Shown here piece after piece: positions 23,201 through 28,808 of a stretch of DNA of 64,000 bases. The stretch is taken from positions 288,001 through 352,000 of the forward strand of contig CBEVQO010000002.1 of assembly GCA_965552055.1 (NCBI GenBank), read 5' to 3'. The notes under the pieces are model-generated. The model had not been told where the DNA came from and made no database searches. It saw nothing but the letters and a program-made list of their open reading frames with translations. This DNA is from an uncultured bacterium. Lineage in GTDB: Bacteria; Hydrothermota; UBA3073; NMUJ01; CBEVQO01. The position numbers and the translations under genes are program-made. Every line of letters starts with the position of its first letter. Positions within the stretch are counted from its first letter, which is position 1.

Positions 23201-23753
23201 CCCATTTTTTACATATTATCAACCTCGTATCGTTACCTGCATTTAAAATACCCGAAGATATTATCTTTAAACTGTCAGTCTTCGCACTATCTCCATCGTT
23301 AATTGAAATTTCGCCCGAGATTAAAATATTTTTGAATCTTCCCTCATTATGAATGACCGCTCCTTCTTCAAATTCTATGGTGCCATCAATTTGCCGTAAA
23401 GTTCCTTCATCGATCCAATGTCCTCCCACGGAGATAGTATAATTAGAGTTTAATCTTAAAATACCATTTGAACGAATTATTACATCGTGTTCAACTGACA
23501 GATTTTTATCAACGGTAAGCGATTCATCTTCAATTATGAGCCAACCGCATTCAGCGTCGTCCGAAAAAATGCGCGGACAACTGCGACCCGATGCTAAACT
23601 TGGAATCTTAACACTATCCGCAGTGGTAGGCACTCCTTTAGGTATCCAGTTACTCGCTCTATGCCAGTCAGAATCAGTGGAACCATTCCAAGTTCTAAGT
23701 ACCCCATAGAGGGGTAACGAAAAAAGAAAAATTATCACAGAAAATTTTTTCAT
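5178..23753 (-). CDS. Giant (6191 aa) secreted repetitive beta-rich surface protein/adhesin with C-terminal PQQ-like beta-propeller
   Basis: Uninterrupted 18.6-kb ORF; signal peptide MKKFSVIIFLFSLPLYG; seven modules starting WxGxxxxxW..NW..P; many ~55-aa repeats (YTHxxxGDWxDTGGxFxP...NxFxNLxI); last ~330 aa are propeller blades. Confidence 0.9.
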   Translation of the reverse strand: MKKFSVIIFLFSLPLYGVLRTWNGSTDSDWHRASNWIPKGVPTTADSVKIPSLASGRSCPRIFSDDAECGWLIIEDESLTVDKNLSVEHDVIIRSNGILRLNSNYTISVGGHWIDEGTLRQIDGTIEFEEGAVIHNEGRFKNILISGEISINDGDSAKTDSLKIISSGILNAGNDTRLIICKKWENNGVFNYGTGTVVLAGDMGVPDETYYNLEIAGECTLKTDITCENDFVVTSTGICRAEDETLTVKGDFKVVNFDCGTGCVIFAGSSVETLQVTGATSYLNDLVINATGTVIQVTSITVQGKFVLKNGTYNQNGNTINLSGTEWLEEAGTFQHGQGKISISTTNSLFKVTQLSTNSFYDFEVLSGDTIRMLSDLTIDGDFTLENAYFDPQSYVLKVKGNFDVTNGEFKPNAGRVELGGNTHTYIYTSPQNHFYNLWIVADTVEAESCIAIYGDFSIQNNATFIPSPYRDTVKGDWSDAGGIFKASQGGIVFCGVNQQITQGAGNYFNDLILRPTNTVTALSNITVNGALYLESGKFDPGSYTHRISGNWDDTQVEFTPTAGEIILTGANPQITTSSTNNFYSLTIDGGNAVANTSLRIFGDFKIINGGSFDPGNYVDTIKGDFDVSGGAFSPSAGEIVFAGTSPQINLGSGNKFNRLTINVTGTALMSSKLIVDSLLKVVSGEFDLSTGYYDTLKDSVYIGQSGELNVSGSDLVVVGNLVSDGVLHLYGSSILRLAKGVLIRETGSFISEGAAPTVTSISPSTYYSFKIRGTVNITKLYFSYANSEGMVIDTPAVIQNISNVIFENVEPGGNPSTHLHIYRQGTYNVTLIGLYFDATCDTNIHADGAGGNVKIFVSGYSGPKAGEAYDEETNGAEIKWLIQKRWTGAVDSLWSNPNNWKPAGVPDESSDVVIPDTIRDPVLDVAGYAFSVKINPGAKLKLKSNVLYIFGNFEDNGKLIPGTGKLCFRGEYNQSIKITDSSSIYDLDIYKLAGKVVAYSSLDIDGKLRIREGEFDPQSFTHTIAGDFENISGVFRADAGTFIFDGDTQRITLLTGDYFNNLVINVSDTVWALSDITVKGNFEIQGGCYDAGSYTHRVGGDYDDTGGRLLTSGKFVFDGDSSNVWQGANNQFADVEINVTNCVVAQTSLKITGDFTILGGEFIPQSYTHYIEGNWDDRQGKFAPSSGEIVFNGTGIQVIYQDTSKNNFYNLKISSNCQALTPLKIFGDFTLSSGSFVPGSYIEIKGDWVDTGGTFTPTSGIVHFTGIKQDVKTGSGNNFYNVKVEVEDSLKAQSSLNVDGYFKILSGVFYPDSYTHYIGGTWWDLGGVFNPSSGKIVLDGYADSIYQDTTKNAFYNLEINTAYSKKANTGIIVKGNFVITQGEFIPPQTVMKVYGDWDSRGGIFHATSGWIGFPGKSNIYLGTGNYFYNFGISTSDTIKAQDSLNIHGMFWIYQQGVFDGGNFTHRIKGDFKSADGKLLVKNSKIILNGEVQNIDIGTDTLYLLVIESDTVKAQSNLMVLDSTKVKSGVLILNSKGLLTGKMEIGQSGGVVMKNSGGGIAADTVIVAGLMKMEGAAQLQLVKGIEVASTGKFVTRSVGNAQPLITHRNSGQYYGFGVKGEIDVEGAIFRYLNSNGLYIYPAATLTDLSSVRFDSLQRTAGTDRFLQIYRSGTFDKTIYDHYYDTVYAGDVNIHIDGGVSTTDTVAKLKVFYYAGSGAGEAYDEETNGGAVLWTMGKVWVGGTGAPWPAGTHWRWSKAHNWDPPDDIPKLNDKVLIPQRSVYPHVDTLHAECASILLLSSTMLYVDTVCTLNVSGDVELKSGAKIVQDSNSVIRVGGNWKNMGGVFDQRSGLVEFYGANAKIWSTTFLNIKITGAGVGIADGETVKVTNSFNLLSGATFYGGNNAVFDVKGWNNSGGTFDCQTGEVIVRDTIVPNEVFYNLTIGANAKIPYTKLVVKNDLKILSTKTLRALNCTLYVGGDFMNNGSFDAGSGIVIFNGTGNQEIKGNAITFNKLIVDKTGGVLYAKTSITVTDFKLRQGEFNPGNFTHYVKGNWDDAGGVFTPDSGMIVICGTGKQQIKQGTGNNFYKLKIALQNAQDTVEFASSIDVNSEFIMQNGVIIPGAYTHYICGNWDDALCTFKPSQGEIVLDDADTIYIKQGANNNFANLTINTGSVVNLETNIKVNNFTLQSGYLKDAVACTLWVDGDWIEAGGNTDFDAATVILQGSTKDLQLNTGSKLWNLVIDVGSTDTVEFKSQIDVNGDFVMKSGVILPGAYTHYIASDWVDTLCEFVQTEGGVVLDGISPVIYQKEGNKFNNLTINVSGVATAKTKLLIGGDFTLQQGTFSIEDTVICGGNWSDAGGTFTDLTGTVKLIGENATINQGATNHFNNLIIEGTGRIETQTNITVKGNLRIISGTFYLGDALTHTVDGKVIAEDSLHLGQSELKVSDSLIIKETGVLYMENQCVLTLGKAALIDGKFEAFGTTPKIQNDGINYYSFKVRGEIEVLRLVFSGADVNGMYIDTSATIIDLSNVSFQSVQPGGNPSRHLQIHRNADFEKEFLGCSFDASCDTNVYANGYGNSVRLIFSDYSGPKGGEDYDEEVNGAEIIWMIKKVWTGAQDTLWSNPFNWDPVGLPADTEDVVIPGGLTNYPVLDMDDTIASLNIETGARFKEGPGGSYTLVIKGNMHNMGRFDAGDGTIEFTGLANQIALGDSGEFYNLVINKQTGSITAGGPIIIKNNITLKSGEFIPGVYTHIVGGGWYEINGTFRPTSGKILFNGQNAVIKQKEGNYFHNIEIDVDNNLTLQTDVVVKGDVKITSGQLILDTFELQVEGNWDSETGVIQDLTGTVIFAGNKQQINVSANDYFNNLVIQANDTVTALDSIKIMGDFKILQGVYYAQSYTHRIGGDFYAIGGYFKQDAGKVIFIDSSQIYTDDEIFNDFVCEGTAIAKSNLQINGDVEIKGKFIPGDYTHTVNGNWIDTLGEFKAQEGEIILSGVNKGIYQGTGNNFYNLTISGNITAYTSINVDGDITITGTFNPGSFTHRVAGDWDDEGGIFNQISGTIIFDGVTQQINTKAGNYFNNVICEVTNKLIAADSLDINGDFVILSGEFVPNAYTHRIGGNWADTGGIFIDTTSTIIFDGTKQKIYAKIGNHFNNVKINPSDTVWAMTALKTEGYFAILSGTFIPGNFTHEIGGDWYDKGGVFKPTGGTIILNGENPHIYTSATNNFYNLTIDVTGVATAEDGLNINGALLINAGELYLSDGLTHKVASGVNVYGTLDLGTSVLEVGTGLNVQSGGVLKLIGSPALKLGTQLYIANGGKIFTSGSPEITAKDTTKPFDFNVYGELEIDGLTISYIDTGGLCIYNQAQITRLDEVKFTNQRGTGHRVYMQIYRNADFNATFSLHSYDQYCDTNVYADGGGNNVDIIMSGASGSKAGENYDHEVNGANIEWTSADVWVGGTNSSWWDAVAAGLPASHNAKNWSLGRPPVDTELVIIPANANNNYPILNITDTCAGVLIKSGAKLTMNSDKILHVQGDFTIKGQFDLSDGTLFVWNDFTNDGVFNHTGGWVVIESTGVISGKCTFYNLKFADNSNVSVNYGDTLKITNNFIIGTNADFHGGTNTLIQVYSWNNSGKFHYEQSTVEFLADMTLPQDTFYNLVINAIDSLNAELICMNDLHIKQTLKGKGYTIYVGGDWINDGNFIHGGSDVVFNGGSDQYVKGGLSAFDKIIINSTGGELIAQDGLTIEGDFMIYKGGFEPSSYTHYVKGDWVDTGGIFRPSAGKIVFNGAVQHILTDADNYFYEMEINADSVYFDSPIDVNGALYMLSGVIEPWGYVHEIAGDWVDTAVIFTQDSGKIILDGNKFKIIQGSNNNFANLEIRASDTVFAQSALKIYGDFMLSSGIFEAGSYTHTVRGDWIDTGGVFTAEEGKILFDGKEGEIWQGANNYFANIEIKVQDTLSAKTNITLKGDFVLNSGVFDAPSLIKVGADWIDTGGVVVFPANADVWFTGSVSNVLQDTVKNRFQNFTIKTSNTYLKSSIICEGNLTIESGSLNPGSYTHIVYGNFTSQGVFTADSGKFVFRGDASAQVELANGNYFNTIIIEKNLSQLTASSALTLKGDFILKKGTFYAGSYTHTVEGNWIDTGGVFQPTDGKIVLTGRTSKIYQGENNYFANLDITPNLTDTIIAETPIRVKGDITISGGRFEPGAFTHIIEGNWNDQNGKFNPTAGEIKFEGDTIEIITSSQNNFYNLTLNSQKVTPLTGLKINSKLKLLTGELDIQTGVHTVEDSVIISGNLKMTGGELRGKYIVINDTLIMQGASILKVGETFKAQEGSYCEFTGLTPQITALDTLNRFSFRFSGKLNCERLKFSYADSDGFYIDTLAEIISLNNVSFEKVGNKGKHLQIYRKGLFIQNFTGCYFDASCSVNVYADGGGDSTVIYMVNYSGAKAGESYDEEVNKAHIYWIAQRVWQGDVDSLWSNPNNWSPPGVPTDTEDVVIPDTAVRFPYLDTNAYCMSLRIDDSAYLHCDTFKLYLKGDLIVNGTLYADSGEIIFCGDYQQVINLTPQSYFYNLTINKNSGKVLCQSPINIKGDFVLLKGEFSPASYIHYVEGNWIDTGGTFTATSGEIRFTGNSEIWQAQDNNFANIKIAGTVTAKTPLKIYGDITITGTFNPDTFTHEVKGDWSDVLGTFHQTGGKIKFTGNYQKITSSQTNYFNNVEINCLTSVEAFDSLHVHGDFVINKGKFIAGSFTHYIGGDWVDTGGTFNPVGGKIVLTGKGEIWQKASNYFINLEIDGDTIWQKTDIFVKNDFTVKSGVFIPSDNVLEVRGDFDASGGEFKADDGTVYLAGGAQQIKLGTGNYLYNLSMAPTASVTALDSLVIKGDLTLLSGEFIPGSYTHRIYGDWNTVSGTFAPTSGKVIFLGSKSTVKLGNGNNFYDIKIEKTDTLKALSKLRIYGDIELASGIFVPDTFTHTVKGDWIETGCTFRPTGGKIIFAGTSQNITQLTQNNFYSVIVKSTGTVTAQSSLRIYGDFVIEAGEFVPGTYTHYVKGNWNDTLGTFTPSAGEIILCGENQEIYQKSTNNFYDVIIDSGTQVVTKTGTQIDGKLWIKKGKFDFVNRRHTIRDSIIVDSILTLNSSVVSANSYIIVNSGGLLQLSGSCTLKVADTLFIENGGKFSANGVTPTITSINNLSYFGFEVRGEIDVTALNVNRVCKRGLRIWEDAQIAALDGINFTNIESGGTFLQIYRNAGYTATFSGHSYDASCQYNFHLKCTSPDSAIVTMVAYSGDKAGDAYDTTTQYARIEWILADVWTGTVDDRWDNPSNWQDGTVPTATDQVIIQDAPFDPTVNTTAQCAAIFVKNGANVNLTVPGMYLDCNGNVKIEKGGGINLISKSTIFCAGTWIDNGTFQQTAGVVTFDGTNCITNSETFKSLVISGDTLSLAAGVTVTVTDSFHIGTGAVFKGGEGAIFKTSSWINQGKFMPQTGTVILQAKMDVPEDTFYNLTIDADTIKLTNNLVILNDLQINAGRVFKANDDTIRIKGDWINNGEFIPDSSTCIFCGDQPQQISQSKFYNLIIENSYSTKKEEKDSTKQVASVTATGPLTIYGDFKILKGEFDPGSYTHIVMGDWIDTGGTFTPSAGEIVIAKDSVKIIQGQNNYFYNLKFQDADFVLSGKSVLKVQNVLTIDQNSAFIIDSLAEVKVGANLIAKGKFIAKGLMPSITSTQQGVKYPEVRLKGNVSISRLLCDGISGLILDTTSQIDTLENVWFMNMSSLSKALRVIKTSAYSDTYSGLLFDTTCYKNISANGAGIYIFCENYMGEHSGELYEEELNGAQIVWKDSAYIDLKWQHPGIRIFRKDVTSGIGHAFDGASYYSTKSGTLYAVDSLGNLLWKKKYGGYASDLICVRGDTLFFGTSAGTLYAVNRTDGDVIWRTNIGDSIISGVFEYGGVIYFGAKDGNFYAVDRGDGSVIWSFSTGGAIRAMPGYGFGFLHGGSCDDTLYKIGAGTGVEQAKYGTDGDIVNIPAFGRVAGSHYRIYFGNIKKNVYCLDSLRAQPYDLIWQDVLNAPAIKGPWYWWGKIYFADTLGNIYCYDIDGNPNPWGWAQYPLNISAKPTTKPLVYNGKIYIGTEKGLIAVSEKTGKILWKFDPGQKIESTPMLNVAQGVITFTTSGKIFRIGIGGAKWKRKNGMNPNVKVRKSM

Positions 23754-23759
23754 TTTTTA

Positions 23760-23786
23760 ATTATAAACCGCTTTCGGGAGTGTCAA
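23760..23786 (-). promoter_or_regulatory. Putative promoter TTGACA-N15-TATAAT for the giant-protein operon, leaderless
   Basis: TTGACA 23786-23781 and TATAAT 23765-23760. ATG 23753 lies 6 nt downstream, with no SD. Confidence 0.7.
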
Positions 23787-23819
23787 GAAAAAATTTTTAA
23801 AAATTTTTGTCAAATTTAA

Positions 23820-24245
23820 TCAGAAAATATAAGAGAAAAGAAAACCAAGGGACACGCCCAGAAAAGCACCGCACAATATCTCCAAGGGTGTGTGCCCCCA
23901 TATTTCTCTTAAAGGAACATAAGGAAATTTATGCTCCTTAAATAGCATCTGCACTATTTTATTTAGGATTTCGGCTTGCCTGCCTGCTGCACGCCGTAAA
24001 CCCCCTGCTTCATACATTATAAACAATGTAAGACAAAGTGAAATGCTAAATGCAGAAGAACCGACCCCCTCTCCAATACCAATTGCTGTGGTTAAAGCTA
24101 CAAAAGATGAAGTATGGGCACTAGGCATACCACCGGGCTCAACGAGCTTCCTGAAATCGGGCTTCTTATCCTTAATCCAGTATATTATAAACTTCAATAT
24201 CTGACTTATAACGGCAACAGCTATGAAAATAAGCCAGTAATACAT
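23820..24245 (-). CDS. Divergent PAP2 family (DUF212) membrane protein
   Basis: PGGMPSAHTS, GLRRAAGRQAEILN and LREIWGHTPLE motifs. Confidence 0.9.
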   Translation of the reverse strand: MYYWLIFIAVAVISQILKFIIYWIKDKKPDFRKLVEPGGMPSAHTSSFVALTTAIGIGEGVGSSAFSISLCLTLFIMYEAGGLRRAAGRQAEILNKIVQMLFKEHKFPYVPLREIWGHTPLEILCGAFLGVSLGFLFSYIF

Positions 24246-25069
24246 CTTCTACCCCCCTCCACCAGAAAAATAAGAATTAACCTTAAGAAAAGACCACAAA
24301 TCACAAAAATATCGGTAAAAAAATTAAATCCATAATGCTTTTTGAAATACTTATACATCGAAATGTTATGATGGAGAAAAGCTTTTGCCCAATCTTTTTC
24401 CACAACTGCTCCAAATTTATGATAAAAAATAGCATCGGGATAATAATAATTTTTATAGCCCATCTTCTTTAATCTGTAACACAAATCCACATCTTCACAG
24501 AACAAAAAAAATCTCTCATCAAATCCACCTGCTTTCCAGAAAACATCTTTTTTTATTAAAAAAACAGCACCCCTTGACCACTCAATTTCCTGCACCTTTT
24601 CATAATCTGCATCGTACATCAAATATTCTCTCGAAAACCTGCTTTTTGGAAAAATCTTTCGCAAAATAGATTTCCGCCCAAAAGCAACCCTCATAATCGT
24701 TGGAAAACGACGCAAAGATAACTGCAAACTACCATCAAAATTCAATAATTTACCTGTCACAACTCCAGCATCTTCCTTTTTCTCTGCAAAGCTGAGTAAT
24801 TTCTCGATAGCATCGAGTTCCGGGATAACATCTGGATTTAAGAAAAGTAAATATTCGCCTTTTGCTAACTTCGCACCAAGATTGCAGGCACGGGCAAATC
24901 CAACATTCCTGTAAGGATAAATATAAATAACACCATCCAAATTGCAATCACCACTGTTATCAACCACTATTATCTCATTTTCTAATTTTAAATATTTTTT
25001 CAAATTCCTTACGAGATTTTTTGTAAATTCCGATGTCTTATAATTCACGATTATCACAGATATTTTCAC
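24221..25069 (-). CDS. Glycosyltransferase family 2 (WbbL/rhamnosyltransferase-like)
   Basis: ISVIIVNY, IIVVDN, NVGFARACNLG, LFLNPD and GFDERFFLFCEDVDLCYR. Confidence 0.92.
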   Translation of the reverse strand: MKISVIIVNYKTSEFTKNLVRNLKKYLKLENEIIVVDNSGDCNLDGVIYIYPYRNVGFARACNLGAKLAKGEYLLFLNPDVIPELDAIEKLLSFAEKKEDAGVVTGKLLNFDGSLQLSLRRFPTIMRVAFGRKSILRKIFPKSRFSREYLMYDADYEKVQEIEWSRGAVFLIKKDVFWKAGGFDERFFLFCEDVDLCYRLKKMGYKNYYYPDAIFYHKFGAVVEKDWAKAFLHHNISMYKYFKKHYGFNFFTDIFVICGLFLRLILIFLVEGGRRCITGLFS

Positions 25070-26895
25070 TTCTTTTCAAATATCACAAAATATCTTTTGG
25101 GGGAAGCAAATTCTTTATAAATTGCTAAAATCTTTTCATATTCGGGTAAAGAATATTCCTTCTTCTTAAAGCCAAATTCTCTCTCGCAAATCAAACTATC
25201 ATTTTTTTCTTCATACAGAATTTTGCAATATATTAAGTCATCTTCATATTCATATTTTTGTGGCAGATAAACGATTTTAATGTTTTCCGGCAATTTCACA
25301 CATACTTTATATTTTGACAAAAATGGTATATCAATTACAAGAGGATAATGTCTTTCTTTAATTGATAAATACATTGCCTCTCTACCTGTCCCCAATATAT
25401 TCGCAGGTAAACCAAAATTATAACGGTTTAAATACGAATGCCTTAAATAATCGGGTGCTATGAATTTTAAACTTATTTCAACAGCAGAATTTAAATCTTC
25501 AACTCCCTTTATCTCATAAGAAATTAATTTCGCTCCCTGCTTGATATTGTTTGTATAACCCTGCATCAACTTATCGATCTCTTCTTTGCTTTTTCGCATA
25601 AAAATCCTGCGATATAAACGAGATAAAGAACCTCTTACCTCACACATAAATTCACCTTCGAGGTTAAAATTTTTATCAATTTCGCCTTTCATAAAAACCT
25701 TTGTATAGGAATTATCAAAATCTGGTAAAGGAACACGATAAAATTCAAAACCTTTATCTTTCACGATAAATAATTTCCTGCCTGCAAACTTACTGCGGAG
25801 AACAAAATTTTCATTAAATCCTTTTAATATGCCAAAAATACCACCTTCCTGTATCTCAGGAAGAGGAAGCTTGGGGTCAAGCAGTAAATAGCCCGCTTTT
25901 TGCGGAACCGCTACGAGCATATCGGTAAATAATGGCATAGGTATCTCTGTATCTATCTCAAATTTCGAAAAATAAGCAGGATAAGCTTTTATACCGCACA
26001 ATTTTAAAAATGCAATCAAAAGTGCACATTTATCTTTTATATCACCATATTTATTTACATATATTTTAGAGCATCTGGTTGGTTTGAAACCTGCGAAAGA
26101 AAGAGCTATAGGGATATCACGCCATTCTTTCGTAACCCATTCATAAATGAGATACAAACTATCTGTGGTCAAATATTTCTTCAATTTTTTCATCCCTTTT
26201 TGAGATTTATTAAACTCTTTTCTCAGGTAATCGGCAACTTCTTTCCATGTTTTAAATGTGGTATATTGAACATTAGGAGTTATATCAGCTGATGGCGGAG
26301 AGAAAGGTTCGGCAATATACCTATCAACAGAATCCACCCAGAATCTGTAAATTTTAAATTTACCACTATCTTTTTCTTCAAACTTTATAATATCACCTTC
26401 AATCTTGTATTTAAAATATTGTTTTTTTGGCAAAATTATTTTCAACTCTTTATGAACTATTGGTTCACTTTTTTTCATCTGCACTTTATCATAAAGCATC
26501 AATTTTCCTTTTATCTTCTTCTCTTTTTCAAATTCAATAAATATCTCGCTACCCGGATTTACATCGGGATAAGCTATCGTTTTTGCCATTAAATTGGCAT
26601 ATTGCGGAGCTTTAAAAGTTTCGGATGCCGAGAGGTCTCCAATAGCTCCTTTAACGGGATGTTTCTTTTTGCCATCAACACATGTATACACCTGCAAGAT
26701 TTTAAAATCTTCTTCTTTGTGATATCGGAAATAATCGTTGCCATATTTTTCTCTTCCTCTTTTCGTCAAAATCTTCATGTGTTTTTTATATCTGTAGATT
26801 TGTTTTTTGCCATCAATCTTTATAACTTCATTTTCAAGCAGATAGACAGCGGATGCCCCTTTTAAATCGAAAAATATCAAAAAAAGAAAAATCAT
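25066..26895 (-). CDS. DUF3857/transglutaminase-like domain protein, probably catalytically inactive
   Basis: Paralog of the upstream gene. YGDIKDK in place of GxCxDK, and FTDMLV in place of FNHxI. Confidence 0.8.
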   Translation of the reverse strand: MIFLFLIFFDLKGASAVYLLENEVIKIDGKKQIYRYKKHMKILTKRGREKYGNDYFRYHKEEDFKILQVYTCVDGKKKHPVKGAIGDLSASETFKAPQYANLMAKTIAYPDVNPGSEIFIEFEKEKKIKGKLMLYDKVQMKKSEPIVHKELKIILPKKQYFKYKIEGDIIKFEEKDSGKFKIYRFWVDSVDRYIAEPFSPPSADITPNVQYTTFKTWKEVADYLRKEFNKSQKGMKKLKKYLTTDSLYLIYEWVTKEWRDIPIALSFAGFKPTRCSKIYVNKYGDIKDKCALLIAFLKLCGIKAYPAYFSKFEIDTEIPMPLFTDMLVAVPQKAGYLLLDPKLPLPEIQEGGIFGILKGFNENFVLRSKFAGRKLFIVKDKGFEFYRVPLPDFDNSYTKVFMKGEIDKNFNLEGEFMCEVRGSLSRLYRRIFMRKSKEEIDKLMQGYTNNIKQGAKLISYEIKGVEDLNSAVEISLKFIAPDYLRHSYLNRYNFGLPANILGTGREAMYLSIKERHYPLVIDIPFLSKYKVCVKLPENIKIVYLPQKYEYEDDLIYCKILYEEKNDSLICEREFGFKKKEYSLPEYEKILAIYKEFASPKRYFVIFEKK

Positions 26896-28727
26896 TTTTC
26901 TTTCAAAATAATTTCACCCTCAAAAGCTTTTTCCATCTTATCATAAAATTCCTTACAAGCAGGATAATCCTCCGGAGGAATTAGGGATTTTTTGAAACAG
27001 AAGAAGGATTTTTGAATTATTTTATTATCTTCGATTTTTATTTGCCGTGCTACTTTTATATAATCATTCTCAAGGACTGTATCCCGTGGTACAAAAAATA
27101 TTTTTAGATTTTCGGGGATTTCTGTTTCGATTATAGATTTACTCGCCATTTTAACAGTGAAATAAACGGGATATTTCCTTTTTTCCAGTGCAAAAGGTGA
27201 AAATTGTGAAGGCGAAAATTTCACACTAACCCTGCCACCTCCCAGATGCCATTCATCTCCTATAATCGTCGCATAATCGGGAAGCGTTGCAAAAATCTCA
27301 AGGGTCATCGGTTTTGAGAAATCATCGGGATTGCCGAAGCGAATGGAATCAATTCTGGCAGAAGGATGAGCGGTAGAGAAGCTCTGTTCAAATAGTTGCT
27401 TTATCTGTTCCTTAGATAAAAACTTTAACATTGCACGCAAACCCATATCCGTAGAGCCCTTGCCCCACATCTTAAAATACATCTTCGCAACATTATCTCT
27501 GGATAAAGTAATCTTCGTCTCAACATAATTTAAATTGGCTTCAGGAGGAACAGACGGCGTCCTACGCATAGTATCGCCATAGGGTGTGCAGATAAGCACA
27601 TCTTTGTCGGCTTCTATCGGAGATAAAAATTCAACAGAACTTTCAATCGTAGGGTCAAGATAAATTATAGTGTCTTCTCTGACAATCGCACAGATAGCAT
27701 GATTAAAACGCGAAATATCTGCAATATCATGTGAAATACGCATAACAGGATTTGTAAGCACCATAAAGGCTTTTTTAATACCCGCTTCCCTTAGCATTGC
27801 ACAAAGTAAACCCGCTTTATCCCTGCATACCCCGTATTTCCTGTAATAAACACTATCAGGATACTCCGGAACAAAACCACCGTATCTACCTGTTAATCTC
27901 GTCTCAACATACCTTATCTCTTTATTGACAAATTCATATAAACTTCTCACCTTATCTTCAAAAGATTTCGCATTTTCTATCAATTCTTTAACTTTTTGTT
28001 TCAATTCTTTACCGCATTTCAATCTTTTTTCGCAGACATTATAATACCATCTTGAGATTTCTTTCCAGTCTTTTGCATTGCTGACAATTACTTTTGTAGC
28101 AACATCAGGAATGGGTGGCATTAAGGGTTCTTTTACAATCTGTGGAATATCCCTTGCATACCATTTGTATTTTATCATATTTCCCTCTTCTTTTCTTTCA
28201 AAAGACACACTTAAATTTCCTTCGATTTTATATTTAAATTTCAGGGATTCCGGAGCTTTTAATATCATAACTTTCTCCATAATGGGGTCTTCTCCTTCGA
28301 ACAAAGTAAAAGTCGAATAGTGACCTTCCATTGGTGGTACTTTCATCACATATTCTACTGCAAAATCTATTTCGTCTTCCTGAGACAATGTTGGGAAAAT
28401 TATTTTAACTGAACGGAAATTAGGTATAAGAAATCTTGAGCCCTTCCATGCGGGCATAGGCATATCCTTTATGTTATCAGGTGGAACAGTTGTAACAGTA
28501 CCATCTTTATGAATAACCTTAGCGGAAAGAACCCTAACAGTATCATAAAGTGTTATATACCAGAAAGTTTTTTCCGAATGAACTTTTATACCAAAGGGGG
28601 ATAACATTTTAATCCTTTTATGAATTATCATTTTTCCCGTGCAATCTTCATTTAAAAATATTTTTAAACTATCAAATTTCACGATAGCATCTGCTTCCAG
28701 CTGGAATATGAGAAGAAATACAGGCAT
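26892..28727 (-). CDS. DUF3857/transglutaminase-like cysteine protease domain protein
   Basis: Intact Cys-His-Asp triad motifs YGVCRDKA, FNHAIC and YLDPT. Confidence 0.88.
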   Translation of the reverse strand: MPVFLLIFQLEADAIVKFDSLKIFLNEDCTGKMIIHKRIKMLSPFGIKVHSEKTFWYITLYDTVRVLSAKVIHKDGTVTTVPPDNIKDMPMPAWKGSRFLIPNFRSVKIIFPTLSQEDEIDFAVEYVMKVPPMEGHYSTFTLFEGEDPIMEKVMILKAPESLKFKYKIEGNLSVSFERKEEGNMIKYKWYARDIPQIVKEPLMPPIPDVATKVIVSNAKDWKEISRWYYNVCEKRLKCGKELKQKVKELIENAKSFEDKVRSLYEFVNKEIRYVETRLTGRYGGFVPEYPDSVYYRKYGVCRDKAGLLCAMLREAGIKKAFMVLTNPVMRISHDIADISRFNHAICAIVREDTIIYLDPTIESSVEFLSPIEADKDVLICTPYGDTMRRTPSVPPEANLNYVETKITLSRDNVAKMYFKMWGKGSTDMGLRAMLKFLSKEQIKQLFEQSFSTAHPSARIDSIRFGNPDDFSKPMTLEIFATLPDYATIIGDEWHLGGGRVSVKFSPSQFSPFALEKRKYPVYFTVKMASKSIIETEIPENLKIFFVPRDTVLENDYIKVARQIKIEDNKIIQKSFFCFKKSLIPPEDYPACKEFYDKMEKAFEGEIILKEK

Positions 28728-28732
28728 CTTAA

Positions 28733-28759
28733 AGAATAATCATTATCCAGGTATGTCAA
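28733..28759 (-). promoter_or_regulatory. Putative promoter TTGACA-N15-TATTCT, leaderless
   Basis: TTGACA 28759-28754 and TATTCT 28738-28733. ATG 28727 is 5 nt downstream; back-to-back with the tRNA promoter. Confidence 0.55.
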
Positions 28760-28774
28760 TAGAAATTTTTGAGC

Positions 28775-28801
28775 TTGACAACTTGACAATTTGTGTATAA
28801 T
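28775..28801 (+). promoter_or_regulatory. Putative promoter TTGACA-N15-TATAAT for tRNA-Val/thrS operon
   Basis: TTGACA 28775-28780 and TATAAT 28796-28801; the tRNA begins at 28809. Confidence 0.7.
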
Positions 28802-28808
28802 AGAATGT

